From a virus (Duplodnaviria; Caudoviricetes), in IMG/VR virus record IMGVR_UViG_3300033070_001371, positions 55,216 to 119,215 of that record: a DNA stretch of 64,000 nt; one strand, 5' to 3'. Below, piece by piece: positions 29,939-40,438 of the stretch; within the stretch, counting starts at the first letter, position 1, and the number at the start of each line of letters is the position of its first letter. The translations under genes and the position numbers were made by a program. The notes under the pieces were generated by a model. That model had not been told where the DNA came from, ran no database searches, and worked only from the letters and a program-made list of their open reading frames with translations.

Positions 29939-30892
29939 TCAGCGCAGCTTGACGCTACTCTTCCCGCTCTTCTCGTGCTTCTTGCCGCTCTCTGGGCCCT
30001 TCGTGGCGTCCGTCGTCGCGGCAGGCGCTTCGGGAGGCAGCGACTCGTTCTCGGCGGGCTGCGTCGACACGGTGAGATCATCGCTCACCGCGACGTCGTC
30101 TGCGTCGTCGATGAACTCGACTTTCGTCTCGCCAGATTCGCCGGGAGTCTCGCTGCGGTCGCGCAACTGCGCCGCGTCTGCGTGGAGCTTCTCGCCCTCC
30201 TCGGTTGACATCGGGTGTTCGTCGAGTGCGTGGATGTCCACGTCGCTGTCGACGAGAGGCTCCAACGCCCCCATCTGCCCTCCGCCCGCAAGCACTGAAT
30301 TCTTCTGGCGCTGCGCAGCCACGTCAGTGCGCATCTCGCCGATCTCTTCGTCCGACATCACGGGTTCGTGCTTCTCGCGCTCGATCTCCGCCTCGACAGC
30401 CGCGCGCTGAACCTCCTGCGCAGCGCGCTCGGCGCGGGTCTGAGGCTTCGCATCGGAAACGCGTGCGGCCTCCAACGCCGCACGCGTCACGTCCTCCCGG
30501 CGCTGCACAGTCGCAGAGTGCGGCGCATTGGGATTCGGCACAGTCGCCGGGTGCGGAGGCGTGAGCGGGTTAGCGCGCGCACCCTCGACACCCGCGCGCG
30601 TGCGATCCTGGGGCTTGAGCACGGTGGCCGGGTGCGGCGCGGCGTTCTGGCGCACGGGCGGCGCGTCCGACGGCGCGGCGGGCACGCGCAGCGTCGCGAC
30701 CACGTCGTGCTCGTCGTCGGTCTCGATCTTGGTGAGCCGGAGGTGTGCGACGTACTGCTTGCCGTTCATCATCACCCTCAGCGCATGGTGCGTCTGGCCA
30801 GGGAGGAAGCTGACGTCCATGTACATACCCGTCGCCGGGTCCGTGATGCTGATGACGGTGCCGGACGTACCGGCGATCTCACTGTGACGCAT
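29939..30892 (-). CDS. Hypothetical protein with acidic, disordered C-terminus
   Basis: AGGAG SD before ATG 30892; PHPATV-like repeat x3. Confidence 0.65.
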   Translation of the reverse strand: MRHSEIAGTSGTVISITDPATGMYMDVSFLPGQTHHALRVMMNGKQYVAHLRLTKIETDDEHDVVATLRVPAAPSDAPPVRQNAAPHPATVLKPQDRTRAGVEGARANPLTPPHPATVPNPNAPHSATVQRREDVTRAALEAARVSDAKPQTRAERAAQEVQRAAVEAEIEREKHEPVMSDEEIGEMRTDVAAQRQKNSVLAGGGQMGALEPLVDSDVDIHALDEHPMSTEEGEKLHADAAQLRDRSETPGESGETKVEFIDDADDVAVSDDLTVSTQPAENESLPPEAPAATTDATKGPESGKKHEKSGKSSVKLR

Positions 30893-31056
30893 GTGATAGA
30901 CTCCTTGTGTGACGTGGACTAAACAACCGAAACTCGTGGCGCGGGCGCACGATGTGGGGCAGCTCCTGAGCACCCTACTGCGTATCCAGACACTGGACAA
31001 GCTCGCCAATGCGCAGCGTTTGCTCGCGACGCAAACCCCCTTGAAGGAACCAACCA

Positions 31057-32841
31057 ATGCCGTGGCGGAGCCTCAACCTGACCCTTCCACCCGTCGTGCA
31101 GACGATTACACAGACGCTCGGGACGGGTCTTGACGCCGTAAAGAACGCGCTGACCCTCGTACAGACGCAGGCGCGCGCCACGCAAGCCCTCGTTCAAACC
31201 GAGGAAGGCGACCGCGTACGTCTCGTCAACGCGGCAATCCAAGCTGCCGTCGCGACGATCACGACGTTCGTGAACGAGCTGCTCGACACCACGGGCGTCT
31301 ACGTCCTAGTCGTACCGCTGCCGAAGAAGGGCCTCGTCGCGCTGGCGAGCCGCCCGAACAACCCCGACGAGCCCGGCTCAAACTTCGTGCAAGTGCCGCA
31401 ACAGAACCTGCTCAACGGGCTGCCAGCGGCCGACGCGGCGCGCGTACGACAAAGTCCGTCGTTCGCACAGATCTTCAACCCCGACGACCTGTTTCTCGGC
31501 GGCAATGCCTACTTCGTCAAGACGATCGCCGAAGCGCTCTACGACCCAGGCGACCGCAATCGTCCAAAGTTCGATGCCGCAAGCTACTGGACCTACTCGA
31601 TGCTCGTCGCGGGCGCGACGGACGTGACGAGCCTGCTGAGCGCTGCGACGTTCTTCGACCGGCTGTTCTCGACGACACGCAGCGCGAACCGCGTGAGCGC
31701 GAGCCGGGGCGTCTCGGACTTCGTGCCGCGCGGCCTGCGCGTCGGACCTTCGGGGCGCGGCTACTTCCCGGTGCTGGAGTGGGAGCGCGTGCCGCAGTCG
31801 GTCGCGCTGTTGAGCTACGACGGCGCGCGCGTAGTGCCGACCGAGTACGCAATCATCCGCTCGACAGACTTCCGTGCAAAGACCGCCACGACGATCAATG
31901 AACTATTCGACGACGTAAACCTGCGCGAAGGGCAGACCGGGCGTTTCGGCGCCCGCGTGCTCAAAGTCGCGCCGTACGACGGCGTGCTCAACCGCTTCAT
32001 CGACGCGAGCGAGCAAGTCGCCAACCATCCGTACTTCTATCACGTCGCGTTCAAGTCACGGACTGAGGCGCCCGCATCGAGCGACGGCACCGCACCCTCG
32101 ACGCCGCCCAATCGACCGAGTGGCTCGCCTCGTACCGAAGCTACGACAGCGGTCAACAATCCATACCACTTGCTTTCATCCTGCGCCGAATGGCGCCGAC
32201 CCGCTTCACGCTCACAGCTAACAGACGCACGCATGGGTGTCGCCCCGGACTGGGCTCGCACCCCGTCAGTTGCGACGATGTTTCCAGGCCTGGAACGCCT
32301 GCTCGACCGCACGCTCGAAAACTTGTCGTCCCTCAACACAGTGTCGAGCAACCTCAACGAGCGCAACAACGCGTACCTCGACATGCTTGGTCGCGAAGTT
32401 GACCGCCTATCGCGCCAGATCGCTGAGATCAACGGATACCTGTCGCAGCTCCAAGCAATCTTCGCCACGCCTGACGCCGACGTATTCTCGACGCTTCGCC
32501 AAGGGCGCGGCGGCGTCGGCTCGTTTCTTTCGGACGTAGTATTGACGATCGACGACACGAGCGACCCCAACCGCCCGTCGTTCGACACCGGAGACGAGTA
32601 CGTTACCGGCGTCGTGTTGTTGTGTGTCGGACCGGACCCTGCACCGATTGCGGCGGCATTCGCGATGCTGTCAGGCCTTTTCGGCTCACCAGCATCGAAC
32701 GACGCACTCGCCGGCATCGACTCGATCCAAACAACTCTCGCGCAAGCAGAAGCCACGATCGCCGCACAGCTCGACTCCGTCGCGTTCGGCCCGGACATGC
32801 AACCTCGACCGCCCGGCGAACCTGATGCAAGCTGCACATAG
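31057..32841 (+). CDS. Hypothetical (probable baseplate/tail-associated) protein
   Basis: AAGGA SD; 594 aa with coiled-coil segments. Confidence 0.65.
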   Translation: MPWRSLNLTLPPVVQTITQTLGTGLDAVKNALTLVQTQARATQALVQTEEGDRVRLVNAAIQAAVATITTFVNELLDTTGVYVLVVPLPKKGLVALASRPNNPDEPGSNFVQVPQQNLLNGLPAADAARVRQSPSFAQIFNPDDLFLGGNAYFVKTIAEALYDPGDRNRPKFDAASYWTYSMLVAGATDVTSLLSAATFFDRLFSTTRSANRVSASRGVSDFVPRGLRVGPSGRGYFPVLEWERVPQSVALLSYDGARVVPTEYAIIRSTDFRAKTATTINELFDDVNLREGQTGRFGARVLKVAPYDGVLNRFIDASEQVANHPYFYHVAFKSRTEAPASSDGTAPSTPPNRPSGSPRTEATTAVNNPYHLLSSCAEWRRPASRSQLTDARMGVAPDWARTPSVATMFPGLERLLDRTLENLSSLNTVSSNLNERNNAYLDMLGREVDRLSRQIAEINGYLSQLQAIFATPDADVFSTLRQGRGGVGSFLSDVVLTIDDTSDPNRPSFDTGDEYVTGVVLLCVGPDPAPIAAAFAMLSGLFGSPASNDALAGIDSIQTTLAQAEATIAAQLDSVAFGPDMQPRPPGEPDASCT

Positions 32842-32848
32842 GTAAGCG

Positions 32849-33175
32849 ATGCCAACCTACGACTACATGTGCAAAAACGATCATCACGTCGAGCACTTTT
32901 GCTCGATCTCGGCCAAGCCCGAAACGCTGCCGTGCCCCGAGTGCCCTGAGCCCATGAAGCCTGTGATCCTCACGGCCCCTCACCAGTGGAAGAACCTGTA
33001 CGTACTGGACTTCCCAGGGTCGAAGGCCCTCAAGGCGGGCTACGTGCACTCCCATGGCGACCCAGGCGTGCGTCGCGTGAGCTCCGGCGCAGGCGGAATG
33101 CTCAATCCGAAGGCGGCGCCGCTACATCCCCTGGCGAACAATGTGATCCCGGACCCCCCGAAGCGGTCTGGATAA
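32849..33175 (+). CDS. FmdB-family zinc-ribbon protein
   Basis: MPTYDYMCKNDH...CPEC signature. Confidence 0.75.
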   Translation: MPTYDYMCKNDHHVEHFCSISAKPETLPCPECPEPMKPVILTAPHQWKNLYVLDFPGSKALKAGYVHSHGDPGVRRVSSGAGGMLNPKAAPLHPLANNVIPDPPKRSG

Positions 33176-33536
33176 TCTGGAGCTTCTCGTCCAGGCCCAG
33201 CAGCTTCAATACGTAGGCGAGAAAGCCCTGGCGCTTCTTCATATCGCCGTCCGAAGGCATCGCGATGATATGCGCCGTCAAGCGCAGCCACGCGCCAAAG
33301 AGGGCCTCGACGCCCAACCCTTGATGGGTTGCGCCGTTTTGCGCGTGCAAGTACATGGCGAGGCGGTCGCCGTCCGCCATGAAGCGAATGATCACGAGGG
33401 CGTCGGCGCTGTAGCGCCCGAAGCGGTTAGCCTCCGCCTCGCTGACGCCGCCTTCGTCTTTCATGTCGCGGACGCGAAGCTCCAGCGGGCGCTTCTGCTG
33501 CTGATCGAATGCGAGAGTCGGTGCTTGCTCGGACAT
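33102..33536 (-). CDS. Hypothetical protein
   Basis: ATG preceded at 6 nt by TACGTT. Confidence 0.55.
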   Translation of the reverse strand: MSEQAPTLAFDQQQKRPLELRVRDMKDEGGVSEAEANRFGRYSADALVIIRFMADGDRLAMYLHAQNGATHQGLGVEALFGAWLRLTAHIIAMPSDGDMKKRQGFLAYVLKLLGLDEKLQIIQTASGGPGSHCSPGDVAAPPSD

Positions 33537-34020
33537 GGCCTGAACGTACCAGCTCCTGTGCCACCAGACAAAGCAGGGGACGCCACTTGGTGGGTCGCCC
33601 GGCGTACGAGCGCTCGATCTCGGCGGCCTGCCACGCCGCCTCAAACGCTTCGATCCACCGCCCCGCAAGCGCAAGGTCATGGGCAGTCTGACCGAGCAAC
33701 GTGGCCCGCCGAGCATCAACCCGCAGAGCAAGTAGCTGCGCAATAGCTTCACTCCACAGCGGTACGTACGGCGTAAAGCCGTCGAGTGTGGGCTCCGCGC
33801 GCGACGCTAACAACTGCGCGGCGTGCAGCCGCGTAAGCTCGCCGCGCTCGACCGCCTGCACAATACGGTGCGGCACCGCCGCCACCAAGACTTCGCGTTC
33901 GTCAACGCGAACAGCGGCGCGCCAGTACACCCAATTCCACTTCGCACCACGCGCGAGGGCGCGGGCGAGGCGGACTGGCAGGGAGGGGACGCGCAGAGAC
34001 ACCCCACAAAGTTGCTCCAC
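33427..34020 (-). CDS. Hypothetical protein
   Basis: ORF fills the gap; start uncertain. Confidence 0.45.
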   Translation of the reverse strand: MEQLCGVSLRVPSLPVRLARALARGAKWNWVYWRAAVRVDEREVLVAAVPHRIVQAVERGELTRLHAAQLLASRAEPTLDGFTPYVPLWSEAIAQLLALRVDARRATLLGQTAHDLALAGRWIEAFEAAWQAAEIERSYAGRPTKWRPLLCLVAQELVRSGHVRASTDSRIRSAAEAPAGASRPRHERRRRRQRGGG

Positions 34021-34057
34021 TTCAGCCGAAAGGCAATGTTTGGCTTACCCTTGCCAC

Positions 34058-34978
34058 ATGAGCATCGTATTGTTCGGGCAGAAAATCGAAGTTCCAGGTA
34101 CGGCATGCTTCCTGGACCCGCCCGAAGTCGTGCGCGCCGTCACGCGCGGCAAGAGCGCGCAGATTCCGCGCTCGACCGAAGGCATTCGTCGCGATCCGGC
34201 GACATTCTGGGTGCGGGGGCACGTCACGCACACGACGTCAGGAACGGTGCAGCGCCTCGACTCCAAGAGCTGGATCGAATCCGCGCGGGACTGGATGTTC
34301 GCCAAGTACAGCCTGAACGCCGATGAGAAGTCGTGGACGCTCACCAAGGACACAGACGAGTCGGCGATCCAAGTCTCAGACCCTGGCAGCCTCAGTTCGT
34401 GGCATGCTGGTCAAGTCAACGGCGTCGCGGACGGTTGGGAGTTGGCGCAGACGAGCGAAGGCACGCTCACACAGATGCAGCTCGACGGTTACGTACGCCT
34501 CTGCGACGAGTGGTCCTACCACTGCGGAATCCCTCGCGTGATCGCGTGGCGCGACGGCAAGCCTTTCGCTGGAATGCTCACACGCGCACTGAGCGCTCAC
34601 GGGGCTGGCGCGTCGCTGTGCTTATTCTACGGTCACCGAAACATCTGGTCGGTGAGCAAAACCACAGGGCAGCTGTACGCCGTACGCAGCGCGGGTGACC
34701 CCTCTGACTTGCCCTTCCTCGCGCTGAAGGCCGCCGGCTACCTCTGCCTCGATGTCGAGGCTGGCGACGACCTGAAGATGTGGAAAGACCTTCAGGTTCA
34801 ACTCGGCCTCGACCCAGACGGCATCCCAGGGCCGCAAACGCGCGCGGCGTTGATCCGAGCAGGCAAGCACGGGCCAGGGGGTATGCTGGTACCGCGCCCC
34901 GGCGACGATGCGCGAGGCCTGCCTGCGTGGCTGCGCGCCCGGCCGCTGGCATGGCGCCAGGGCGTCGGCCTCGCCTGA
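34058..34978 (+). CDS. Endolysin: N-acetylmuramoyl-L-alanine amidase + C-terminal peptidoglycan-binding motif
   Basis: HTTSG, SWHAGQVN..GWEL, YGHRN...DP Zn-amidase motifs; LQVQLGLDPDGIPGPQTRAAL PG-binding motif. Confidence 0.8.
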   Translation: MSIVLFGQKIEVPGTACFLDPPEVVRAVTRGKSAQIPRSTEGIRRDPATFWVRGHVTHTTSGTVQRLDSKSWIESARDWMFAKYSLNADEKSWTLTKDTDESAIQVSDPGSLSSWHAGQVNGVADGWELAQTSEGTLTQMQLDGYVRLCDEWSYHCGIPRVIAWRDGKPFAGMLTRALSAHGAGASLCLFYGHRNIWSVSKTTGQLYAVRSAGDPSDLPFLALKAAGYLCLDVEAGDDLKMWKDLQVQLGLDPDGIPGPQTRAALIRAGKHGPGGMLVPRPGDDARGLPAWLRARPLAWRQGVGLA

Positions 34979-34982
34979 ATCC

Positions 34983-35279
34983 TCAACGGTGTTTACGGCG
35001 TTCGCTGCGCGGCACCTCGACTGAAGCCGAGCCTTCGGTGACCACAGAGAGCTCTTCGACCACAGGGCGCTCTTCGACCACAGGAGGAGGCTCTGGCGGA
35101 GTGGGCGGCGTGGGCACCGCCGGGAGCGGCACCTCATCCCACGTCCGAGCGAACGTGATCTGCGAGATGTCGCCCTCGACGCGCGCCGACTGAGCATCCG
35201 CTGCGTGCTCCAGTGGAACGACGAGCGCACCGGGCACGTAGTAGAGCCGCCCCTCGCGCGAAACTGCTTTGAACGCCAT
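34983..35279 (-). CDS. Hypothetical Pro-rich protein
   Basis: ORF only. Confidence 0.5.
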   Translation of the reverse strand: MAFKAVSREGRLYYVPGALVVPLEHAADAQSARVEGDISQITFARTWDEVPLPAVPTPPTPPEPPPVVEERPVVEELSVVTEGSASVEVPRSERRKHR

Positions 35280-35307
35280 GCGTAACCTCTACCCCCTACA
35301 CTAAGGC

Positions 35308-35691
35308 ATGTCGTCCACGATCAAGCTGACGGGAAACCTGCTGGTCCAGCTCGCGGAGGGCGCGCAGCCGTCGCCTGTGCCCGTGGGCTTCGAGATGACC
35401 TACACCGAGAAGGTCATCTACGGATTCAATTACAACGCACCGGTCGCCAACCAGCCCGTGCCGGCTGGCTCAGTGACCAATCCACGCTTCGTCCTGGTGT
35501 TTCTCTACGAAGGCGCTATCAGCCTCGCGTGGAACGTCGCGGGCGATGGCGCGACGGCGCTGGCAGCGAACCCCACGCCGCCCCCCGCCGACCGCCCAAT
35601 CCTCATGCTGTTCCGCTTCAACGCTCCGGCCAGCGCTCTGTACATCACCGTGACGCAGTCCGCGCGCGGCGAGATCTGGCTCTTCGAGTAG
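35308..35691 (+). CDS. Hypothetical (beta-rich, possibly structural) protein
   Basis: TACACT 5 nt before ATG; GC3 bias. Confidence 0.6.
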   Translation: MSSTIKLTGNLLVQLAEGAQPSPVPVGFEMTYTEKVIYGFNYNAPVANQPVPAGSVTNPRFVLVFLYEGAISLAWNVAGDGATALAANPTPPPADRPILMLFRFNAPASALYITVTQSARGEIWLFE

Positions 35692-35695
35692 CGCT

Positions 35696-36271
35696 TCAGC
35701 GCGCTGTCGCCTCGGCCCAGCAGGTGCGACAGAGAGGCGCGTAGGAGTCGCGCGCCCCAACGAGAACCTGCGCGTCGTTCGCGACGAGACGGTACGACAT
35801 CGAGCCGTTCTCGCTCTTGCAGTGCACGCAGATCGCCTTGAACTTCAGGATCTCGTCGGCGTGCGCGAGCAGCGTCGGCATGATGCCGAAGGGTTGGCCT
35901 CGGAAGTCGCGGTCGAGGCCCGAGGCGAAGACCGAGACCCCGCGCGCGTAAAGCAGGTGCAGCACCTCGTCGACGGCGCTGGGCGCGAAGAACTGCGCCT
36001 CGTCGAGCGCGACGAAGCGCACGTTGGGTCGCACGCGCGCGGCGAATGCCTCGCCGGGCTCGATGACAGTGACCTGGAAGGGCACGTGCAGATCAGCGAG
36101 GTCGGTGCCCGCGTGCGAGATCAGGCGCCCCTCACGGCGCGTGTCGGTCGAGGGCGAGAAGATCTGGGCGCCCACGTCGCCGTGGAACGCGAGGCGCACG
36201 CGGCGCAGCAGCTCCTCGGTCTTGCCCGAGAACATCGGACCGCAGGCCACGGTGAGCTTGCCGGCGGCCAT
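35696..36271 (-). CDS. tdk: Thymidine kinase
   Basis: GPMFSGKTEEL P-loop, LDEAQFF, SGLDRDFRGQPF, C..C and YAPLCRTC. Confidence 0.95.
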   Translation of the reverse strand: MAAGKLTVACGPMFSGKTEELLRRVRLAFHGDVGAQIFSPSTDTRREGRLISHAGTDLADLHVPFQVTVIEPGEAFAARVRPNVRFVALDEAQFFAPSAVDEVLHLLYARGVSVFASGLDRDFRGQPFGIMPTLLAHADEILKFKAICVHCKSENGSMSYRLVANDAQVLVGARDSYAPLCRTCWAEATAR

Positions 36272-36663
36272 CAGCGGCCTCCCGCGTCGCGCTGAGCCTG
36301 CGCATCGGTCAGGGCCCGCTCGACGCTCGCGAGGTAGCGGGTGAGGTCGCCGCCGGACGCCTGGAGGCGTCGCACCTCGTCGCGCTCAGACGCCATTCGA
36401 CCGACAACGAACGAGGGGTCAATCGGGTGTGCCGCGACGGCGAAGTGCTCGTCGTAGCGCTCGTGGAAGAGCGCACGGGAGACCCAGCGGCGGAGGCGGT
36501 CGCCGTACGTCGAGAACTGCGTGACGTACTCGACGAGGACGTGACTCGTCTCGACGGCCATGACCTGCACGACGTGCGGCTCGCGCGGGTCGAGATTCCC
36601 TCCATCGTCGGCGGTTACGCCGTACAGGTCGAAGAAGGCACCGGGCTTGAGCTCATCCGACAT
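36271..36663 (-). CDS. Hypothetical protein
   Basis: TGATG-coupled to tdk. Confidence 0.6.
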   Translation of the reverse strand: MSDELKPGAFFDLYGVTADDGGNLDPREPHVVQVMAVETSHVLVEYVTQFSTYGDRLRRWVSRALFHERYDEHFAVAAHPIDPSFVVGRMASERDEVRRLQASGGDLTRYLASVERALTDAQAQRDAGGR

Positions 36664-36913
36664 GCCTATGAACTACCCCAGGTTCGGGCGTGTGGGAAGG
36701 AACGACGCGGTCCATCGCCGCATTCGAGGTGAACGCTTGGGTGATGCCGTCGCGCTGGTTCTGCCGCTCTCGGTCCTTGTCGAGCGAACTCTGGGGAGCA
36801 GGTGATCGCGCGACCGCGCCAATGGAAGCCAACGCGTCGCCGTCGAAGCCGTACTCGGCAGCAACCTTACGGATCGCGCGCAGGCGCGCCAGCCATGTTC
36901 GCGTCGACATCAT
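36653..36913 (-). CDS. Small hypothetical protein
   Basis: GGAG SD; RKVAA motif. Confidence 0.5.
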   Translation of the reverse strand: MMSTRTWLARLRAIRKVAAEYGFDGDALASIGAVARSPAPQSSLDKDRERQNQRDGITQAFTSNAAMDRVVPSHTPEPGVVHRHVG

Positions 36914-37262
36914 CAGTCTCCGTAGAGGTAAGTGCGCGCGCCGTCAGTAGACGGGACAGCGCGGCATTGCTGACGAGGCAAGAGACATAGAGCTTCGTGT
37001 TACCTTCCAAGAGCGCGGCCCCGGCGCTCGACGCAAAGTGCTGCATGCGCAGCAACGTCTGGCGCGAGTCCTCGCCGTCGCACTCCGTCGCGAACGCCTC
37101 GTATGCGTCGGCAACGGCCTGCTCGAAGTCGACACCGCTGGACCGATCGGATTCCCCGCAAGCACAGCGCGGCGTGACCGGTGTGGTGCTAAAGGCCGGC
37201 ACCACTCGCGTCTGGCGGCAACGAAGGCAGACGTCGAAGGGGATGTCGTGCATATCTGGAGT

Positions 37263-37571
37263 CTAACCCGAATGGTGCCGGTGGCGTCGATGATGAGGGT
37301 GTGTCGACGGAGAGGACAAAACTTGTCCAAGATTGCTGTTGCTCATCAGGCCCTGGTTCGACATCGTATGTTCGGCCATCAGGCCAGGAAACGCTGCGAA
37401 CTGCCGAGCCAGAGCAGCTTGCCGCTCTTGGTCACGCACAGCGCTGTAGGAGTCGAACGCCGCCGAAAGCGCTGGGAACGCACGCTGCACAAGCTCGGGA
37501 CTCGCCGTCTTGAGGTAGAGGTCGACGACGCGGCGTGCGGCGCGGACTCGCGCGAGCTTCTCCAGATTCAC
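37263..37571 (-). CDS. Small hypothetical protein with His/Arg tail
   Basis: Coupled to upstream gene; EKLAR, LKTAS. Confidence 0.55.
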   Translation of the reverse strand: MNLEKLARVRAARRVVDLYLKTASPELVQRAFPALSAAFDSYSAVRDQERQAALARQFAAFPGLMAEHTMSNQGLMSNSNLGQVLSSPSTHPHHRRHRHHSG

Positions 37572-38350
37572 AGCGTCACGCCGCCTTCGAGGGGCGTCTG
37601 CCCAATCGAAGACTCCTCGCCGGTGGGTTGCGTCTTGGCGTCGGCACGGGCGAAGACGCGCGAAAGGCGGTCGCCGATCAACGCCTCCTCCGCCGGAGTC
37701 TGGCGTCCGGTGTTTGGCAGCGCGACGACGTGCCCCCGGATCAACTTGTCGATGTCCGCTTGTTTGAGATCACTCAGCTTGTAGCGCGCGAGCACGGTCT
37801 TGAGCGCCGCTTCTTTGCGTGCCGCCGCGACCAGCCCACGCTCAGCGGCTGCGGCGCGCTTGATGCGCGCAGCGAAGTGCGCAGCCAAACCATCGAGTCG
37901 GCGCGGCGCGTCATTGCGAGTACCCCTCTGTGCCGTCTTCACGTAGCGCTCCTTCTTCTTCGGCTCGAACTTCTCCAACGCGTCGCGCAAGTGCGTCATG
38001 TCCCGAAACACCCGGCGCGCGTGAATCTCGTCGCCGTAAAGACGATAGATCGCCTCGCGCTCGGCGTTCGAGACCCCGACGAGAAACTTCGTCTCATCGA
38101 GCTCCATGCCGCCACCGTCGCGCGGCTTGAGCTTCTGAAACACCTCGTAGTGCCCGTTCGCGTCGTCACCGACGAACGCATCGAGACCCTCACCATCTTC
38201 CCCCTTCAGGCGCGGGAAGTAGCCATAGTCGCACGGGTAAACGAAGCGCTTCTCGCCCCCGTCAGGGCGCGGCCAAACCTTCACTGTGCCTTTCGGTCGG
38301 TCGATGATGAAGGTCGTGCCCTGGAACGTCTTACGCGGTAAAGCCATCAC
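37568..38350 (-). CDS. Inorganic pyrophosphatase-like domain protein with K-x-A-rich tail
   Basis: IDRPKG...YPCDYGYFPRLKGEDGEGLDAFV...DETKF matches the family-I PPase YxxxYG/DGDxLD pattern. Confidence 0.7.
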   Translation of the reverse strand: MMALPRKTFQGTTFIIDRPKGTVKVWPRPDGGEKRFVYPCDYGYFPRLKGEDGEGLDAFVGDDANGHYEVFQKLKPRDGGGMELDETKFLVGVSNAEREAIYRLYGDEIHARRVFRDMTHLRDALEKFEPKKKERYVKTAQRGTRNDAPRRLDGLAAHFAARIKRAAAAERGLVAAARKEAALKTVLARYKLSDLKQADIDKLIRGHVVALPNTGRQTPAEEALIGDRLSRVFARADAKTQPTGEESSIGQTPLEGGVTL

Positions 38351-39753
38351 ACGGACTCCTGCTCAGGCGTCTCGGGAGAGGCCGGGCGCGCGGCAGCGTG
38401 CGCCGCGCCGTACGTGCCCGCGCCGGCGAGCGCACCCGCGAGACCTCCTCCAACAGCGGCCACAGGGCGACTGTGTCGGCCGGTGAACGCGCGATGCAGT
38501 CCGACGCCAGCGAGGGGGTTGTTCTTGGCGTACAACATCCCACTGACACCAGACGGATTGGTCTCGATCGTCTTGTACTCGATCTTGCCCGTGGCAGGGT
38601 TGCGCACTGGTGCAATGTCCATGGCGAAGGTTGCACCCTGGTACTTCTTGGGCAAGTTGCCCACAATCTCGCGCGCCGCGTCCTCAGCTCCGCGCATGTG
38701 TCGGTGTCCCGTCGCGAGCATCGCAGGGTCAAATCGAGGCACAGTGGCGTGGGGCACGACTGCGCCGTTGATGACGTGTACTCGCATCTCCTTGGTCGAC
38801 GGGTTGCCCTTGAGCTTACCGACCAGCTGCCCGAGCGCCGAGCCCTGCTCTAGCGGCAACTTCTCCTGAACCATGACAAACCCTGGCTTGTTCAGCAACT
38901 TCTCGATGACGCGCCCGGAGTAAGTGTCGAAGTGCTTCGTCTTGAGCGCTTTGCGGTTTGCTGAGCCAAGACGTCCAAAGCCGCTCTCCTCCATGATCCG
39001 CGCCTTGTCCGCGTGATAGCCGGAGCTTGTCCAGCGATCGAGCAGGTCCTTGAAGTCGTGCTTCTCCGTCGGAAACGCCCCACCCGTCTCGGCCGAACGC
39101 GTGTCCTTGAGCAGGAAACCCTTGCCGTAGTCGGTGCGGAGCTTCGTCTGGAGCTTGTCGAGCATCTCCGCGCGCGCAGCGGGGTCCGTCGGAATCTCTG
39201 GGTAGCCCATGTCTGCGAGGATGTGCTTGACGTTCGCGCTGCGCCCCATCGCGCCGGGCGTCGTCTTCTCGATCAGCTTGTACTCCCGCCACTTGTCGTT
39301 CTTGAGCTTCTCGTGGATGTCCTTCGCAGCCTGATTCGACGCGAGATTCACGTCACCCGTGGCGTAGGCCGAACCGGTGCGCTTGCGGTGCATCAGCGCG
39401 CCCGAGATCTCCGGTTTGTGCCCAAGTTGATCCTTGAGCGCTTTGAGGTCCTTCTCATACGCGACGTTGCCACCGCCAGCTTCGAGCAGGCGATCAAGGA
39501 ACCGTCCGACGCGCCCACGCTCTTTGCCCGAGCCCGCAAGCACGCGCGTGAACTTACCTCCAGCCTGCTCTTGGAGCGCGCGCATCGCCGGATCAGCGCT
39601 CAAGCGCCGACGCCGCAGATGGCGGTAGGCGCCCGCACCTGCGCCGGTCGCCGCGAGAGTCGCGAGCAGCAACGGCAGTCGCCCGTGCAGAACGGAAGGA
39701 TGCGCCTCGGACTCAGGCGTAACGTCGGGCGGAGAAGGCGTCTCGTCAGGCAT
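38347..39753 (-). CDS. ATP-grasp fold protein flanked by hydrophobic Gly-rich segments
   Basis: NDKW, FLLKD, VMVQEKL, EMRVHV, FAMDI, IETNP motifs; TATAAT 9 nt upstream. Confidence 0.65.
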   Translation of the reverse strand: MPDETPSPPDVTPESEAHPSVLHGRLPLLLATLAATGAGAGAYRHLRRRRLSADPAMRALQEQAGGKFTRVLAGSGKERGRVGRFLDRLLEAGGGNVAYEKDLKALKDQLGHKPEISGALMHRKRTGSAYATGDVNLASNQAAKDIHEKLKNDKWREYKLIEKTTPGAMGRSANVKHILADMGYPEIPTDPAARAEMLDKLQTKLRTDYGKGFLLKDTRSAETGGAFPTEKHDFKDLLDRWTSSGYHADKARIMEESGFGRLGSANRKALKTKHFDTYSGRVIEKLLNKPGFVMVQEKLPLEQGSALGQLVGKLKGNPSTKEMRVHVINGAVVPHATVPRFDPAMLATGHRHMRGAEDAAREIVGNLPKKYQGATFAMDIAPVRNPATGKIEYKTIETNPSGVSGMLYAKNNPLAGVGLHRAFTGRHSRPVAAVGGGLAGALAGAGTYGAAHAAARPASPETPEQESV

Positions 39754-39763
39754 GACGAGACGA

Positions 39764-40438
39764 TTATACGCCCAGAGCACGCTCCAACGCGCGGTGCGCG
39801 CGGTAGACCCCTGGTTCGACAACGGCGTAAAGGTCGCCGGGCAAGCCGAATGGCTGCGCAAAGTGTCGGTGCGCAGTGTCTGCCACGCGCGTGACGCGTG
39901 CGCGCGCATGGCCCGCGAAGGCTCCACGCCCTCGTGTGCGATAGCTCGCAGCGAAGAGCACGGTGAGCGGCCAGTCGAGCTCCTCCAACTTCTCGCGCAC
40001 CGCGAGGCTACGCAGCGCCGGGTCGAGCAAGTAGATCGGTCCAAGGGGCACCGACGGAAAGGAGCGATCCGTCGTCGTGTCCTGCGCGTGTCGCGCGAGC
40101 AGCACCGCCGACGACCCGCCGAACGAGAAGCCAACAATCGCGGGCGCGGCGCAACGCTGCGCGCAAGCCCAGCGCGCCGCACGCCCGATCCAATCCCCGG
40201 AACGCCCCGCGCCTTCTTCGGCCTCGGGCACGAACACGGTGAAACCCTTGCGCGCCAACCGATCAGCCGTGCCACCGACAGACCAGATGCCGGGCGCAAG
40301 GCCCGAGGCCCACGCGCCCGCGTAATGCACAGGCCCCGTCGCGCCATGGAGCAAGATGATGCTCGCGTAGTTGGCTGCGTCAGGGTCCGGGTACGCTGTC
40401 AGCGTGAGCGCATCGTCGTCGTAGATCAGCTCCGGCAT
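39764..40438 (-). CDS. Alpha/beta hydrolase
   Basis: ILLHG, nucleophile elbow GFSFGG, YLLDP, C-terminal His. Confidence 0.65.
   Translation of the reverse strand: MPELIYDDDALTLTAYPDPDAANYASIILLHGATGPVHYAGAWASGLAPGIWSVGGTADRLARKGFTVFVPEAEEGAGRSGDWIGRAARWACAQRCAAPAIVGFSFGGSSAVLLARHAQDTTTDRSFPSVPLGPIYLLDPALRSLAVREKLEELDWPLTVLFAASYRTRGRGAFAGHARARVTRVADTAHRHFAQPFGLPGDLYAVVEPGVYRAHRALERALGV

Noticed and set aside
38347-40347. 666-aa version of the ATP-grasp ORF
   Set aside because: The extension overlaps the hydrolase gene in another frame; ATG 39753 with upstream TATAAT is the more plausible start
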